From the NCBI RefSeq assembly GCF_037042905.1, contig NC_087250.1, forward strand, positions 27,964,001 through 28,028,000: 64,000 nt of DNA. The letters are read 5' to 3'. A model generated the notes under the pieces. The model made no database searches. It was given only the letters and a program-made list of their open reading frames with translations, and had not been told where the DNA came from. The translations under genes and the position numbers were made by a program. Each line of letters opens with the position of its first letter. Position 1 is the first letter of the stretch. This document shows, piece after piece, positions 11,270 to 24,939 of this stretch. This DNA is from Lytechinus pictus (Eukaryota).

Positions 11270-14200
11270 GGGATCAGGACAACTACCCCCCCCGGACAAT
11301 TACCCCCCGGACAACTACCCCCGGACAATTACCCCCTGAGGACAATTACCCCCCGAGGACAATTACCCCCGGGACAATCACCCCCCGGACAACTACCCCC
11401 CGGACAATCACCCCCCAGACAACTACCCCCGGACAATTACCCCCCAGATAACTACCCCCGGACAATTACCCCCCAGAAAACTACCCCCGGACAATTACCC
11501 CCAGACAATTACCCCCCCCCGGACATCTACCCCCGGACAATCACCCCCAGACAACTACCCCCGGACAATTACCCCCCGGACAATTACCCCCAGACAATTA
11601 CCACCCAGACAACTACCCCCCGGAAAATTACCCCCCGGAAAATTACCCCCCCCCCCCCCGGACAACTACCCCCAGGACAATAACCCCCTGGATAACTACC
11701 CCCCGGACAATTTTGGATATTGTGATTTGAAACTGGATAATGATTTAAATATAGACCAAGTTGAGTATTTGAATAAACATGCGCGCGAATGTTTCATATT
11801 TAGACTTAGAATCTTGGCATTCTAAATACATATTTTATCATGAAAATCAAAGCGCAAAGCGATTTTAAACTGTTTGATATTCCGATCTGCAAAAGCAGTC
11901 AATTTTAGCTCTAAATTTCAAGCACTTTGTAGGAAAGTTGTGAGGTGGATATGGATTGCACTTCATAAAGAACTGACATTTTTCATTATTTACTTTCAGT
12001 TTTGACGTAGGACCAGGACATCTTTAGGACATTTCATCATATGAAAATGATGACTATCTTCCTATTCCTCTTGCTAAGCGCGAAATGAATCAAAAGGAAC
12101 AATCTAATCATTAAATTGATATGTTATTCATTAATGCCCAGTGAGTGCGCGAAATCTGATGATATCATGGCCTGAAACTGGACATTTCAAGCACTTTTGT
12201 AATTCTAAATAGAATGCAACAGTTAATTAATGTATTAATGCGAGCGCAAATTGCGAGACAATTTTTTTTTATAAACTGTCATGAAAAGGGGATTTTCAGT
12301 AGTTTGTTGTATAATCAATATTGAGACATACATAACTCGCCAATCAAAATGCGAGCGTGCAGCGCTAGCTGATACGTTTTGACAATCAGACCTGAAAGGG
12401 ATATTTTGAAAACTTTATGGAATACACAAAAATAATAGGTATCTAATAAATCAACATTTGCAAGCGCGCAGCGCAAGGATAAAATGTTTAAATTCAGACC
12501 ATAAAACCGACGTTTCTACAGAGCACTTTTTAAAAATCAATCACACAAATAATGAAAGTTCGATTTCCGAGATGAAGTATGTTTTGTATATTGACTTCCA
12601 AACTTGATATTTAAACTCCATATTGAACAGGCAATGCGACCACGAAGTGCGCGCGAAAATTTTATATAGTGACATGAAAGATTCTTTTTATTTTCCAAGT
12701 CTTTCCCTCATTTTATTTTATTCACTCGTCCTCCTCCTCTTCTTTTTCTCCTCTCATTCCCCTCCTTTTTTTCTTTCTTTCCTTTGTTTTCCCTCCACCA
12801 ATAGGAGCCTGTGCCCCTCGGGCCCCCCTGGATCCGCCTATATGATATGTAGCCTTAAAATATAAAGTTTTGAAGTCGACATACAAGCAGATTTCAGCTT
12901 AGACATTATTATTTTGTTTGATTTATAAATTGATTTTTAAAGTGCTCTTTTTAATGTCCGTTTTATGGTGTGAATATAACTAGCAGCTTGCGCTATGCAC
13001 TCGCATTATTTGATTTGCCAAATTATATAATAAACTACTTAAAACCCTCCTTCTATGACAGTTTACCAAAAATTTCGTCTCACGATTTGCGCTCGCAATT
13101 TTGTTTAAAATATATCAACTCACAAATCCTATTCATGATTACAAGAGTGCTTAAAATATCCAGTTTCCAGGCCCTAGTGTCAACACCTTTCACTCACTCA
13201 TTAGGCTTATCACATTACTAAAAATAAAATTTTCATGAATTCTTAATGACTAAATTGTCCCTTTTCACAGTTTCATATCGCGCTTAGGAAAAGGAATGAA
13301 AAAATTGTCATCATTTTCATATGATGACAAAATGTCCTTCGACCTAGAATGTCCAGGTCCTTGGTCAAAATAATAATGAAGATATCAGCTCGCGCTTCAC
13401 ACTCGCATCATTTATAAAGTGCTTTCCACATCCACTTCACAACTTCCCTACACAATGCTTTAGATAGTGCTCAAATTCACCATTTTCATACCGGAATATC
13501 AAGTATTTTCCGCTCGCGCTTCGCGCTCGCATTATTGATTTTCATGATAAAAATATCAAAATGCCCAGATTCTGTCTAACTCTAAAACACGCGCACAACA
13601 TTGAGATTTGCAGCTTCATATTTATTCAAAACGTGCTAAAATTTTCTAGTTTCAGATCAGATCGCGCTTTGTGCTCGCATAATTAATGCAGGAAGAAACC
13701 AAATTACCCATCCTTTTTCATGATTTACAAAATATGATTAGTGTCCCCTTTTTAGGTCTGAAATCCCTTTTTTTTTCCGCTCGCATTAATTGTTTGGTTT
13801 TATACCTATACCTCTAATTATTACAAAAAGTGCTAAGAATGTCATTTTTTTAGGTCAGAATATCAAAAAAAAAATTCAGCTCGCGCTTCGCGCTCGCATT
13901 ATTTAATAGTTGAAATATGTATCGTTTTAATGACAACTGCAAACTTCCTTAACAGGTCCCTTTTTGATCAAGCCAGAAACCATGTTAACAATTTCTGCTC
14001 ACGCTTCGCGCTCGCAGTAATTATCTAGTTACATACGCATCTTGTTCAGGTTCACAAACATTGCCCAGAATAGTCAATTTTCAGGTTAAAATATATACAT
14101 GCAATTCCAAAAAAAAATCAGCTCGTGCTTCGCGCTCGTACTATTTAAATAGGGCTTATAAGATCATTACACTGATTATGTTGTTTTATAAGAATAAAGC

Positions 14201-14625
14201 GTAGAAATGACTGTTAGGACATTTTTCATGATGCAGAAGGCGCCGCTAAACAAAAAAAACAAAACAAAGCAAAACAAAAAAAAATGGAATAAAGAAGAAA
14301 GTGAGAGAACAGGAGAAAGACCAATATAAAAGAGAAAGAAAAAGTAATTAACGTAAGATAAAGTAGAAAATATTTCGAAAACCTGTGCCACCGACCAAAA
14401 CTTACAATGGGTCCTGCTTAATTCTAACATTGATATTGGAGAGAAGGGGGGATTTTCTGGAAGTAATTGTCCAGGAGGTAATTGCCCTCGGGGGTAATTT
14501 TACGGGGGTAGTTGTCCGGGGTGCAATTGTCCTCGGGGGGGGGGGGGGGTACTTGTCCTCGGGGGGTAATTGTCCGGGGGTAGTTGTCCGGGGGGTAATT
14601 GTCCAGGGGGGAATTGTCCTAGAAC
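11270..14625. mobile_element. Foldback (TU/Rehavkus-MULE-like) element with 15-bp minisatellite TIRs
   Basis: (GGACAAYTACCCCCC)n at 11276-11712 and its inverse at ~14455-14621. Flanked by the direct repeat TGGTCTGAAA (11260-11269, 14626-14635). Confidence 0.8.
11713..14170. repeat. Two oppositely oriented fragments of a dispersed repeat family carrying the GCGAGCGCGAAGCGCGAGC motif
   Basis: 11713-12840 aligns by eye with 20005-21310 and ends in ...CTGGATCCGCCT. 12900-14170 carries the reverse motif (gctcgcgcttcgcgctcgc). Confidence 0.75.
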
Positions 14626-14912
14626 TGGTCTGAAATATAAAGGTCGAAAATTTGAACCTCACGAATCATGATATTGTTTCGATAAATCTATAAAGAATTC
14701 ACCCCTGTTGAATACAAACAAATCCATAATTCGCCTGTTATATTGAAAATATGTCATTGCGGTCTACCCACACTGTTATATTTTGTTGATGATATTTCAT
14801 TTCAAGTCAACACAGACTGTTCTATTATGTTGATAATAATGTACCGGCACCCGCTGGAACGGTAACTAACAAGGGAAAACAAAAATAATAACAAAAGGGA
14901 CAAACTTGATAT

Positions 14913-15068
14913 GGCAGTTTTTTCATAAAGTTGTTCCGAAGTTACGAATGGCTTTACTCAAGACTGATAAAGTCAGCTACAAGTCATAGGGATCCGTTAA
15001 CCAAAGAAAGGTTCACCAGTCTGTGTAAAGGCATTCGTCATAACTCACGAACAGCTTTATGAAACACA
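14913..15068. mobile_element. Small palindromic MITE (same family as 20669-20842)
   Basis: tttcataaagttgttc...gaacagctttatgaaacac inverted ends. Confidence 0.6.
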
Positions 15069-18000
15069 CAATAGATAGTTTTTTACATTGACACATAACA
15101 AAAGATGACCAAAACGTTTGACTTCCATTATTCAAAGCATCTTGGTTGATAGTTCGTGTATGTACGGTTTGAAGGTTTGACGGAATGGTTATTAACATGA
15201 AAAGCGGAGATAATATTATATTCTTCGTCGATAAGAGCTGCTATAGAAAATTGAGTATCTGAATATAAAAACGGTCAAGTCCAATTGAGTTAGATACGGG
15301 AAATTATTCCTTATACAATGACTCTTCTTGTGTATAAATGATAAATCTGAAATCATCTTTAAAAAATACCTTAAATAAAGGGGGAAAACCTTGCCCAAGC
15401 CAGGACTTCAGCTTTTCTTAACTTCATATCATAGCGCCCTCTCTCATTACATTTAACTCTGTACATACACTAACTGCATTATATTACTTTTTTTATTATT
15501 TGACAGAGATGTGGTTCAATCGTTGTGACGGAATAAAAGCATTCATCTGAATCTCTAACTTTATTCAGTCCTAAGTTATTATTATGAGTTTTTATTTTAC
15601 AAGAGGAGAGAGGTATTTTCAATACTGATCATAATGTAAAATAAAATCTTGTTTTATTTTTTACCTGGTCTACAATGATTAAAAAAATAATAATTAATTG
15701 AAGATCACTTGCAGATGTCTGTGATTCTGTGTTATTTGGGTATAATAATACCCTGTGTGTGTGTGTGTTCAGAGGGTGTGTGAGGGGTGGTTGGGTGGGT
15801 GTGAGTAAACAAAATAGCAAAAATAATAATTCCCAAGCTAATGTGCGTGTGTGGAAGTAGGGCATGCAGGGACGGATTAAGTATTGATGTTTTCTTACAA
15901 AAGTGTGCTGACACCACTAACCATTTTTTTAAGAATCACACCTCCCCCTCCAATTCACTAGCAAGCACTAAGATAGAAATTCTGCCAATTTACAAATGCA
16001 TTAAAAAACATATCTGGCAAGCATGAAATTAAGGTCCTTGCCATGGAAAAGTTCTCACTACATTTACACCCCCAACCTGAAAATAAGTCAGGACGCCCTC
16101 TGTATTTTCGTTTTTTTCTATTTAATTGAAAAATGAAGGGAAGGGCCATACCCCCTACCCCCTAATTCTTGAACTGCTGTTCGTGTGCTTAAGACTTCTT
16201 GGTGTCATGGATGGAGGAAGAGGGACCTGTACCACATGAATGATACGTCATCTTGCAAACTCTCTATCAATATATTTTTTATTATTATTTACAACACATT
16301 CATATGTCCTCACATTAACACTCACACCCACATAACCACACCAGCTCGCTCATCCAAAAACACATACGAAGAAATAAGAGGCACTATTTGTCTGATATAT
16401 AAGACAAATCTTTTGTGTATCATTTTTATACATCCAGTAGTACAAAAGTCTACCATGTATGCAGACGTAGGAATGACCCAAGTCCATGTGGTTCTAAAAG
16501 ACAGTTCACTTTAAGATTCTAGGACATCTACCCCCTGGACATCCACCTCCCGGACATCCACCCCCGGACATCCACCCCCTTAGGACAAGTACCCCCTAGG
16601 ACAAGTACCCTCTAGGACATCTACCCCCCGGACATCTACCCCCCGTACATCTACCCCCCGGACATCTACCCCCCGGACATCCACCCCCCGGACATCTACC
16701 CCCCGGACATCTACCCCCGGACATCTACCCCCCGGACATCTACCCCCTAGACATCTACCCCCCGGACATCTACCACCCGGACATCCACCCCCCGGACATC
16801 TACCACCCGGACATCTACCACCCGGACATCTACCACCCGGACATCCACCCCCCGGACATCCACTCTACGGACATCTACCCCCAGACTTCTAACCCCCGGA
16901 CATCTAATCCCCGGAAGTACATCAACCCCTCGACATACTCTGTTCATGAGGGTAATAATGGAGCTTAAAATGTTTAATTTTTAATATTGAATTATTCTGT
17001 TCACGATCCGAGTTTGCATTGATTTTTGTTAGTTTTAAACATTCTGATCATGAATCAATGTAGGAATTAGAGTATCGAATATCAGTTTTAGCTCGCGCAC
17101 TCATCACTTGTCTATTCTGATTAGGAAAGATTAATTAATTGTGCCGGACTCACTATCTGGTGAGCCTGCAATATTATAGTTTATCTGTGAAGTTATGAAC
17201 AAAATGAGAAATAATATTTTCATGATGAGATATTTGTTTAATAATATATAATATTCCTATAACTAATTGCAGGGAAATGTTTTCGACAATATCCCACATG
17301 CGTCACTCCTCACATACTCCACTAGCCCACACTCTTTGTGTCGTCATCTTTACTTAATTAACGGGTAATCTTATTTGTTATTCTCTTTTTCACAACAAAA
17401 AATACCAATAAAAAACATACCTGTGCCTCATTTTTTTATGAAAGGAATTCTCATTCAAATCATAACACGTCACATAATTGTACAAGATATAAACTCAAAA
17501 TACGAAAGGTCGAGTTCACAAAGGGAAACCCTTAGTCCATGATGCATGTACAACGTGACTCACTCAATTTAATGAATAATGGTTTGTTGAAATCTGAGTT
17601 CACAAAAGAAGTTGTATTGTTCTAATCAATTTCCATTTCATTTATATTCACCCTGTAAGAGACTGTTGAACAAACAACATTATACAAGAGGTTATTATTG
17701 AACTCCGCAATAACATACATAGGTATATCAACAGATGGAACCATCCTTGCTAGGCTGAACACAACTTTTTTCGAACTCTGACAACACCTCGGCAAATGTT
17801 ATTTTTTTAAGAAGGAACATATTTTCATTTATTACTTTATAAAAATCATGCATTTTATTTGTCTCTGGGCAAACAATGTAAACTTACGCACATAAAAATG
17901 AAAGCAAATACGAAGAAAATATTAAAAAACGATAGGTAGAAGGATAGAGGAGAGAAAGAGAGAGGAGACTTAAGAAAATACGAGAATACGTGGAGAAGAT

Positions 18001-18636
18001 CAAGTAAGTAGAAAAAGTGAATTGCTACATTACATTTAAACAAACTAGGATGTATGGAAAAGTCATAATCTTTGTGAAAAACACTAAACTAAAGTACAAC
18101 AACTTTAAATAACAATCTATAGAAGAAAAACATACACTAAATCTTTACCCCCCCCCCTCTTGCTAGATCGTAAATCATACATATTTGATAAACATGAAAA
18201 AAAGTTTGACTTCACTTGTCTTGCTTACAAAGCAAACGTATACCCTGCACACCATGAAACAATAAAAACTATTATCATTGTCATTGGCACGAATAAAGTT
18301 TGAATCTCATAGTTCTTACGATTTCAAGAATAATGAGTTAAGTTAATAAAGGCCTCTGTATCCAAAACTGAAAAAAAATGATTCATGTTTTTAATATATC
18401 ATTTTCTCGAAGATTATCCTGGTAAGGATTTGATATTAAATCAAAGATTATTTTATTAAAGAGAGACACATCAATATGGTGTTGCTTTACCCCCTACCCT
18501 ATATTTCGCCGTGTGTCATGCTTTTTATTGTCATCAGTCAGTCTTTTTATTAATTTATAAGAATTACAAGCGAAGCCCCGTAACCAGGTTGTGGGGAGGG
18601 GGGGGGGGTTACCTGGGTTCGAAAGGGATAGGAGAA

Positions 18637-18840
18637 CGCTCTAAAAAAGAAACGTTGAATCAACATTTGAAAGGTTGGAGGAGTGACAACATTTTGCATT
18701 TACCACTTTAAATGGTTCTAAACAACACAACACTTAAAGTGTTGTTTTCAGCTTTATGCAAGGTTGGATGTAACATTTGGAAAAGGTTGTCACTCCTCCA
18801 ACCTTTCAAAAGGTGATTTAACATTCGAATTTTTAGAGTG
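18637..18840. mobile_element. CACTA/EnSpm-type palindromic MITE
   Basis: C(G)CTCTAAAAA...TTTTTAGAGTG ends, internal inverted tttgaaaggttggaggagtgacaac, 2-bp AA flanks. Confidence 0.7.
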
Positions 18841-19012
18841 AAGGAGAGTATCAAATTAAAAACGATTAAAGAAATGAATGAAACAACATCAGGTTTCAAA
18901 TTAAAAATGCATGAATTTCATAGTTTCATTATTTTATGACTCGCGATTAATACTTCAATTAAATATTTCAAGACTTTCGGCGGCCTAAATCGATCAATCG
19001 CACGAAGACTGT

Positions 19013-22000
19013 CAGGGGTGGAAATCTCTCCCAAAAGGTAGGGGGACACAGGGGCGGATCCAACCTTCACCAATGGGGGGGGGGGGGGGCGGAAATTTGT
19101 TTCAGTCATAATTATTTTCCCCGATCGGCAGCTCGAAGATGTTTTTTGTTTCTTAAAAGGGGTAGTCCTCATTAGTCACTTCTTAGCTCTATTCTTAATT
19201 AATATACAACATCATAATCCTTATTTATATGATGCGAGCGCGAAGCGCGAGCTAGTTTTTGTGTGGAAATTTTATGTATTTTCCCCTAAAATTTGAACTG
19301 TTTCTGGGCAATGTTTGTTATTGTGTATTCAACTAAATAATTACCACGAACGCAAAGCGCGAGCATAAATGAACTGATGGAAAAGATACCTGTTAAAGTA
19401 GCATTTAACAATCAAATAATGCGAGCGCGAAGCGCGAGCTGAAGTTTTTTTTTTTACATTTTCACCTTAAGAAGGGAAATTCTTAGCATTTTTTGTAACT
19501 CAAGCAGAATAAGTATATAAGTAAACAATTAATGCGAGCGTGAAGCGCGAGCGGAAAATTTCGAGATCTAGACCTATAATATTTACTGAACGAGACACTC
19601 TATTCATGTTTTGTAAATCCTGAAAAGGATGAGTATTAATAATGCGAGCGCAAAGCGCGAGCAGAAAATTTTTATATACATTTGGAACTGGTACCTGTTG
19701 AAAATGTACCTGTTAAGTAGTGCTTGCACTTAGCTATGAAGGCGTTACATATTTCAACAATCAAAAAATGCAAGCGCGAAGCGCGAGCTGAATTTTGTTA
19801 ACTTTCTAAAGAAAGAATGGAAAATTTTAATCAGTTTTTATAATCGTAAACAGGATAGCTATATAATTAAACGATTGAGCGCGAAATTCGAGATTTAGAC
19901 CTAAAAACGGGCCACTCTGTTCATGTTTTGTAAATCATGAAAAGGATGAGTAGTATGGGGTCTTCCTACATTAATAATGCGAGCACAAAGCGCGAGCAGA
20001 AAAAAAAATGATATTGTGATCTGAAACTGGATAAGGATTTAAATTAGAGAACAAGTTGAGTATCTGGATAAACATGCGCGAGCGTGTTTCATATTTAGAC
20101 CTATAATCTAGGCATTTTAAATCCAACTTAAATCATGAAAATCGTGAAACTTTGACATTCCGATTTGAAAAAGAGTCAATTTCAGCTTTATATTTCAAGC
20201 ACTTTGTAGAGAAATTGTAAGGTGGATATGGTGGATATGAATCGCACTGAAAAATATTATTTGAGTTTTGAAATAGGATCGGGACATCCCTATATGTCAT
20301 CATATAAAAATGATAACTATCTTCCTATTCCTCCTGCTAAGCGCGAGATGAAACAAAAGGGACAATTTAATTATTAAATTAATATTATAGCCATTAATGC
20401 CTATATAATGAGGGCGCGAAATCTGAGATATCATGGCATAAAATCTGGACATTTCACTTTTGTGATTATATGAATAGGATGCATCAGTTAATATTTTTTT
20501 AACCATTAATGCGAGCGCAAATCGCGAGCTAATTGTTTTTGATAAACTGTCATGAAAAGGGGATTTTAAGTAGTTTTCTTATATAATCAATATTGAAACA
20601 TTTATATAACTCGCCAATCAAAATGGGAGCGTGCAGTGCACTAGCTGATACGTCTTGACAATCAGACCGGGTGGGTGTTTCATTTAAAGCTGTTCGTAAG
20701 ATACGAATGACTTTACGAACGACTGGTGATCCTTTCTTGTGCTCTGTAATATCCCTATTTAATTGAGTTATGACCTAAGAACATGTTCCAGTCGTGCGTA
20801 AAGTTGTTCGTAACTTTACGAACAGCTTTATGAAACACCCCCTTGAAAAGGGATGTTTTGAACACTTTATGGAATACACGAAAATAATAGGTACCTGATC
20901 AATCAAAATTTGCGAGCGTGCAGCGAGGGCAGCAAATGTTAACATTTAGACCATAAAACTAACATTTTTACAGAGCACTTTTTAAAAACCAATTTGTAAA
21001 TTACACAAAATAGTGAAAGTTCGATTTCCGAGGTGAAATACGTTTTCTATATGGGAGTTCCAAACTTGATATTCGAACTCCATATTGAACAAGATATGTA
21101 AATCACCCAACAGGCAATGCGAGCGCAAAGTGCGAGCGAAATTTTTTTATAGTGGCACGAAAGATTCTTTTTATTTTCCAAGTCTTCCCCTCATCTTGCA
21201 CTCGTCGTCCTCTTCTTTTTCTCCTCGCTTTTCTCTCCTTTTTTCCTTCTTTCTTTCCCTTTTTTTTGCTCCGCCAAGAGGGGAGGGGGGCCTTTCGGCT
21301 TCCTGGATCCCAGGCGCGTAGCCAGGGGGGCGGTGGGGGCGGTCGCCCCCCCCAAAATAAACGTCCCCAAAAAGAAAACAAGAAGGGAAAAAGAGAGGAG
21401 AGAAGGAAAAGTGAAGGGAGGAAAGGGAAAAAGGGTAGCTTTGTGTGTTTTTCTTTTTATTCTTTCTTTTTTTTTTAATTAGAAACGAAACTCCTTCACT
21501 CTTGCTCTAAATATAGTTGTATGAATTTTGCTTCCGCGCTGCGCGCGGTTAAATGACAATATTGCAGTTCTCCTTTGTTTCCCTCACCCTTTCTCTAACC
21601 CTGTTTTTCCACCTCAGCTAACTGTTTCTTGCCAGTAAAAGTTCAAATGTAGGCCTATACATTTGGGCATGGAATTAGAGTAAGGTTAGTCCGAAGTATA
21701 TGGAGTTATCATTTTTTTAATTGATCGCGCAACTTCTGGTCGGGTCGGCTACGGGCGGGTAAAATCTTTTAATAATTTCTGCCGTCACCTCCATATAGGC
21801 AATACTTTTCAGCTCATTAGTAAACAACCATAATTTGGGGGCAAACGGGTTCCTAATTTAAAAATAGGAAGATATAAAATTCGTCGTATTAAATAAAAAA
21901 GTACAATATTTGTTATCAAATTCTCGTAAACTTCATGTCATTTCACTGCACACTCATCTCCTGTCCTGTTTTGCGCACTCAGTTTGAAATTGTGAATGAA

Positions 22001-22599
22001 ACTTAAGTTTCTTTATCATTAAAAATGAAACGCATCAGGATAAGTCAAAGAAATTATACATCATCCTGTTTTATATCATTTCAATAAATCACAGAAGTTT
22101 CAACCTTTTCCGCCCTGTTTTCCTTTTAAAGAAGTTCAATAATCTTAGAAATTCAATTGAATTAGAGCCGATGGGGGTATTAATATGCATTTGATGAAAC
22201 GTCCGCCTTTTGAAATTTCAGAGTTTCATTGCTCTGTGCGGGAAGGAAAAAAAATCCTCCCCGCATATATCCTTCTTCTCCTGTTTTGCGAGTTAAGATA
22301 TGCACTGTGGCGGTGCGGTCTGTCACTAAATTATTTGTAATAAAATCTCATCTTTCCAAGGGAAGTATTCAATATAACTTAGAGAATACCCTTTTCTCGG
22401 GACCTTTTTCTTTGCAAAAAAAATGATAAAACGCTTTAGCTTCCGCGCTATGCGCAGGGTTAATATTATTTTGATTTCCTCAATCTTATCCCTTTTTTGT
22501 GCGTTCTGAATCACTTTTGAAAACAAAAATAAAAAATAGTAGGGGGACATTTGATATTATGCCCCCTACTATTTGTCCCCCCTGGGATTTCCGCCCATG
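19013..22599. mobile_element. Nest of hAT-type non-autonomous elements
   Basis: Outer TIRs CAGGGGTGGAAATC / GATTTCCGCCCATG with degenerate 8-bp flanks (aagactgt / gaaactgt). An inner element starts CAGGGGCGGATCC at 19049 and runs to ~21309. Another CAGGCGCGTAGCC end lies at ~21310. Confidence 0.6.
20669..20842. mobile_element. Small palindromic MITE (Harbinger-like termini)
   Basis: gggtgtttcat..aaagctgttcgtaa / ttacgaacagctttatgaaacaccc. It interrupts the host repeat, which is uninterrupted in the paralog at ~12388. Confidence 0.75.
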
Positions 22600-22739
22600 G
22601 AAACTGTAACAGTGCACTTACACGCAATATCAATCATGATTAGCAATATTTATTGAATGATATCTCAATGGAAGTCCGGGATTCCTTATCATTGCTTATC
22701 ATTATTAATTCATATACAGTTCCTATATGTTGTACTTAA

Positions 22740-23362
22740 AGGTCAACTCCACCCCAGAAAAAGGTTGATTTAAATGATTAGAGAAAAATCAAACTAGCAT
22801 AATGTTAAAATTTTCACCTAAACTGGACGTAAAATAAGAAATGATGACATTTTAAAGTTTCGCTTATTTCCCATAAAACAGTTATATGCACAACTCAGTG
22901 GCATGCAAATGAGGCTGATTATGTCAACTACTCACAATTTATTTTGTTTTTATTGTTTGAATTATAAAATATTTAATATATACAGATTTGAAAATAAGGA
23001 CCAACTTGACTGAATGATATAGTATTAACAATGCTACAATGCTCATTACACATGTTCAGGGAGGAATTAATCGTTGTTTCACTTGACAATGATGTTTTTT
23101 GTTAGGTTTAGAGGCTTTTCAGTCTATATAAGACAATTTAAGCCTTATATGTGAAAATAGGAATATTTTATATCTAATATAATTAAATACAAAAGAAATA
23201 GTGAGTGGATGTGCACATAACTGTTTTGGGAAATTAAGTGAAACTTTAACATGTCATAACTTTCTTATTTTACATCCGATTTTGATGAATTTTTCAGTGT
23301 TATGGTTGGTAGATTTTATTATTTTTTAATCAAATCAACTTTTTGTGGGGTGGACTTATCCT
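22740..23362. mobile_element. TTAA-flanked (Kolobok-type) MITE
   Basis: TTAA|AGGTCAACTCCACCCC ... GGGGTGGACTTATCCT|TTGA. Same family as 61773-62372. Confidence 0.8.
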
Positions 23363-24343
23363 TTGATAACAACGATGACGAACATAAACCAAATATCTAC
23401 GGCCTTCGATGGGAAGTTTGGTGAAACTATGATCCCCTTTAATAGTGACGCGTGACGCGTCACTTCGGGCGTCACATTCTGGCTTCATTTGGGGAACCAC
23501 GTAGTTTCAATCATCTCCTCTAATGGTCGTACATATTTGTTCGATGTATCCCTATTCTTAATTGCATTCGCATTAAAGGGGAACTTCAAGCTGAAAATAT
23601 TAGAACAATGAAAATATGATTTGTAAGCGATCGGGGGGTAGATGTCCGGGGGGTAGATATCCGGGGGGTAGAAGTCCGGGGGGTGGATGTCCGGGGGGTG
23701 GATGTCCGGGGGGTGGATGTCCGGGGGTGGATGTCCGGGGGGTGGATGTCCGGGGGGTGGATGTCCGGGGGGTGGATGTCCGGGGGGTGGATGTCCGGGG
23801 GGTGGATGTCCGGGGGGTGGATGTCCGGGGGGTGGATGTCCGGGGGTGGATGTCCGGGGGGTAGATGTCCGGGGGGTAGATGTCCTAGAGGGTACTTGTC
23901 CTAGGGGGTACTTGTCCTAAGGGGGTGGATGTCCGGGGGGTGGATGTCCGGGGGGTAGATGTCCAGGGGGTAGATTACGCACTTTAAAATTTGTATGTAA
24001 AGAGACAGGGTGTTGGATTGTTGGTTAATGTTCAAATTTAGCTACGTGGACGGGTGTAGTTCAAATAAATGTTGGATTCCTAACACAACTTGTGATGTGT
24101 CTTCAGTTAATTAAAAAACTAATTTTATTTGCTCATTTTTATTCATATTTTGTAGTCTATTTATCCATAATATAGAAACTTTTTACTGAATTCTCTGTTG
24201 GGAAATAGTGTTAAATTCCCAAACTGGGCCAAAAAATTAAAACATATCGTAACATTTTTTACAGACATGATTTGATGTAATCTTCAGCTTTTGACTAGTT
24301 TTTAATTACGACTATTTGGAGCGGCTTTCCAATTCTGCATTAA

Positions 24344-24939
24344 AGGGGAATCCAACCCAAATAAAAACTTGTTTTTATAAGGAAAAGAAAAATCAGACAA
24401 GTTGATAGGTGAAAGTTTGAACAATATTGGACAAACAACAAGAAAGTTATGAATTTTTAAAAGTTGTAAATATTGGTAATCACTATACCCATGGAGAATT
24501 CAAATTGGCTGCATATGGGATGTCATAGTGATGTAAGGCAAGGACTACTCTTCCATGTACTCCAATACATATTATGGCTAAAATGTAATTTTTCCCAAAA
24601 GTTTTATTTCAAGTTATATTTTTCTTTCATGAGGACATAAAACAATACACTACCTGGGTTATATTTAGATTACTGCCCCAGGGGAATGGGTACTTAGGAG
24701 AAAACCACAAGTCCCTGATAATAAAGTACATGGCCTATGGGAAAGTTGTCCTTACCCCTTGTCATAATTTACTTACCCAGTTGCCAATTTGAAATCTACA
24801 TAGTATTAGTGATCTCAATTTTAAAGCAGCTTATAACTTTCTTATTGCTTGTCCGATTTCTTTCAGACTTTCACCATTCTGTTTAATTTATTTTTCTCCT
24901 TCCCAACACAACATTTTATGGCCAAGGCTGGATTCCCCT
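24344..24939. mobile_element. TTAA-flanked (Kolobok-type) MITE
   Basis: TTAA|AGGGGAATCCA ... TGGATTCCCCT|TTAA. Confidence 0.85.

Larger units (their letters stand above)
16515..23979. mobile_element. 7.5-kb composite foldback element with G-rich 15-bp minisatellite TIRs
   Basis: (GGACATCYACCCCCC)n at 16521-16930 and its inverse at 23630-23975. Both arms share the variant block ttaggacaagtaccccctaggacaagtaccctctagg. Flanked by CACTTTAA (16507-16514, 23980-23987). Confidence 0.8.

Noticed and set aside
11231..11683. Pro/Gly/Gln-rich ORF (and similar ORFs at 14385-14662, 16747-16947, 23616-23920)
   Set aside because: These are translations of the 15-bp minisatellite TIRs, not genes.
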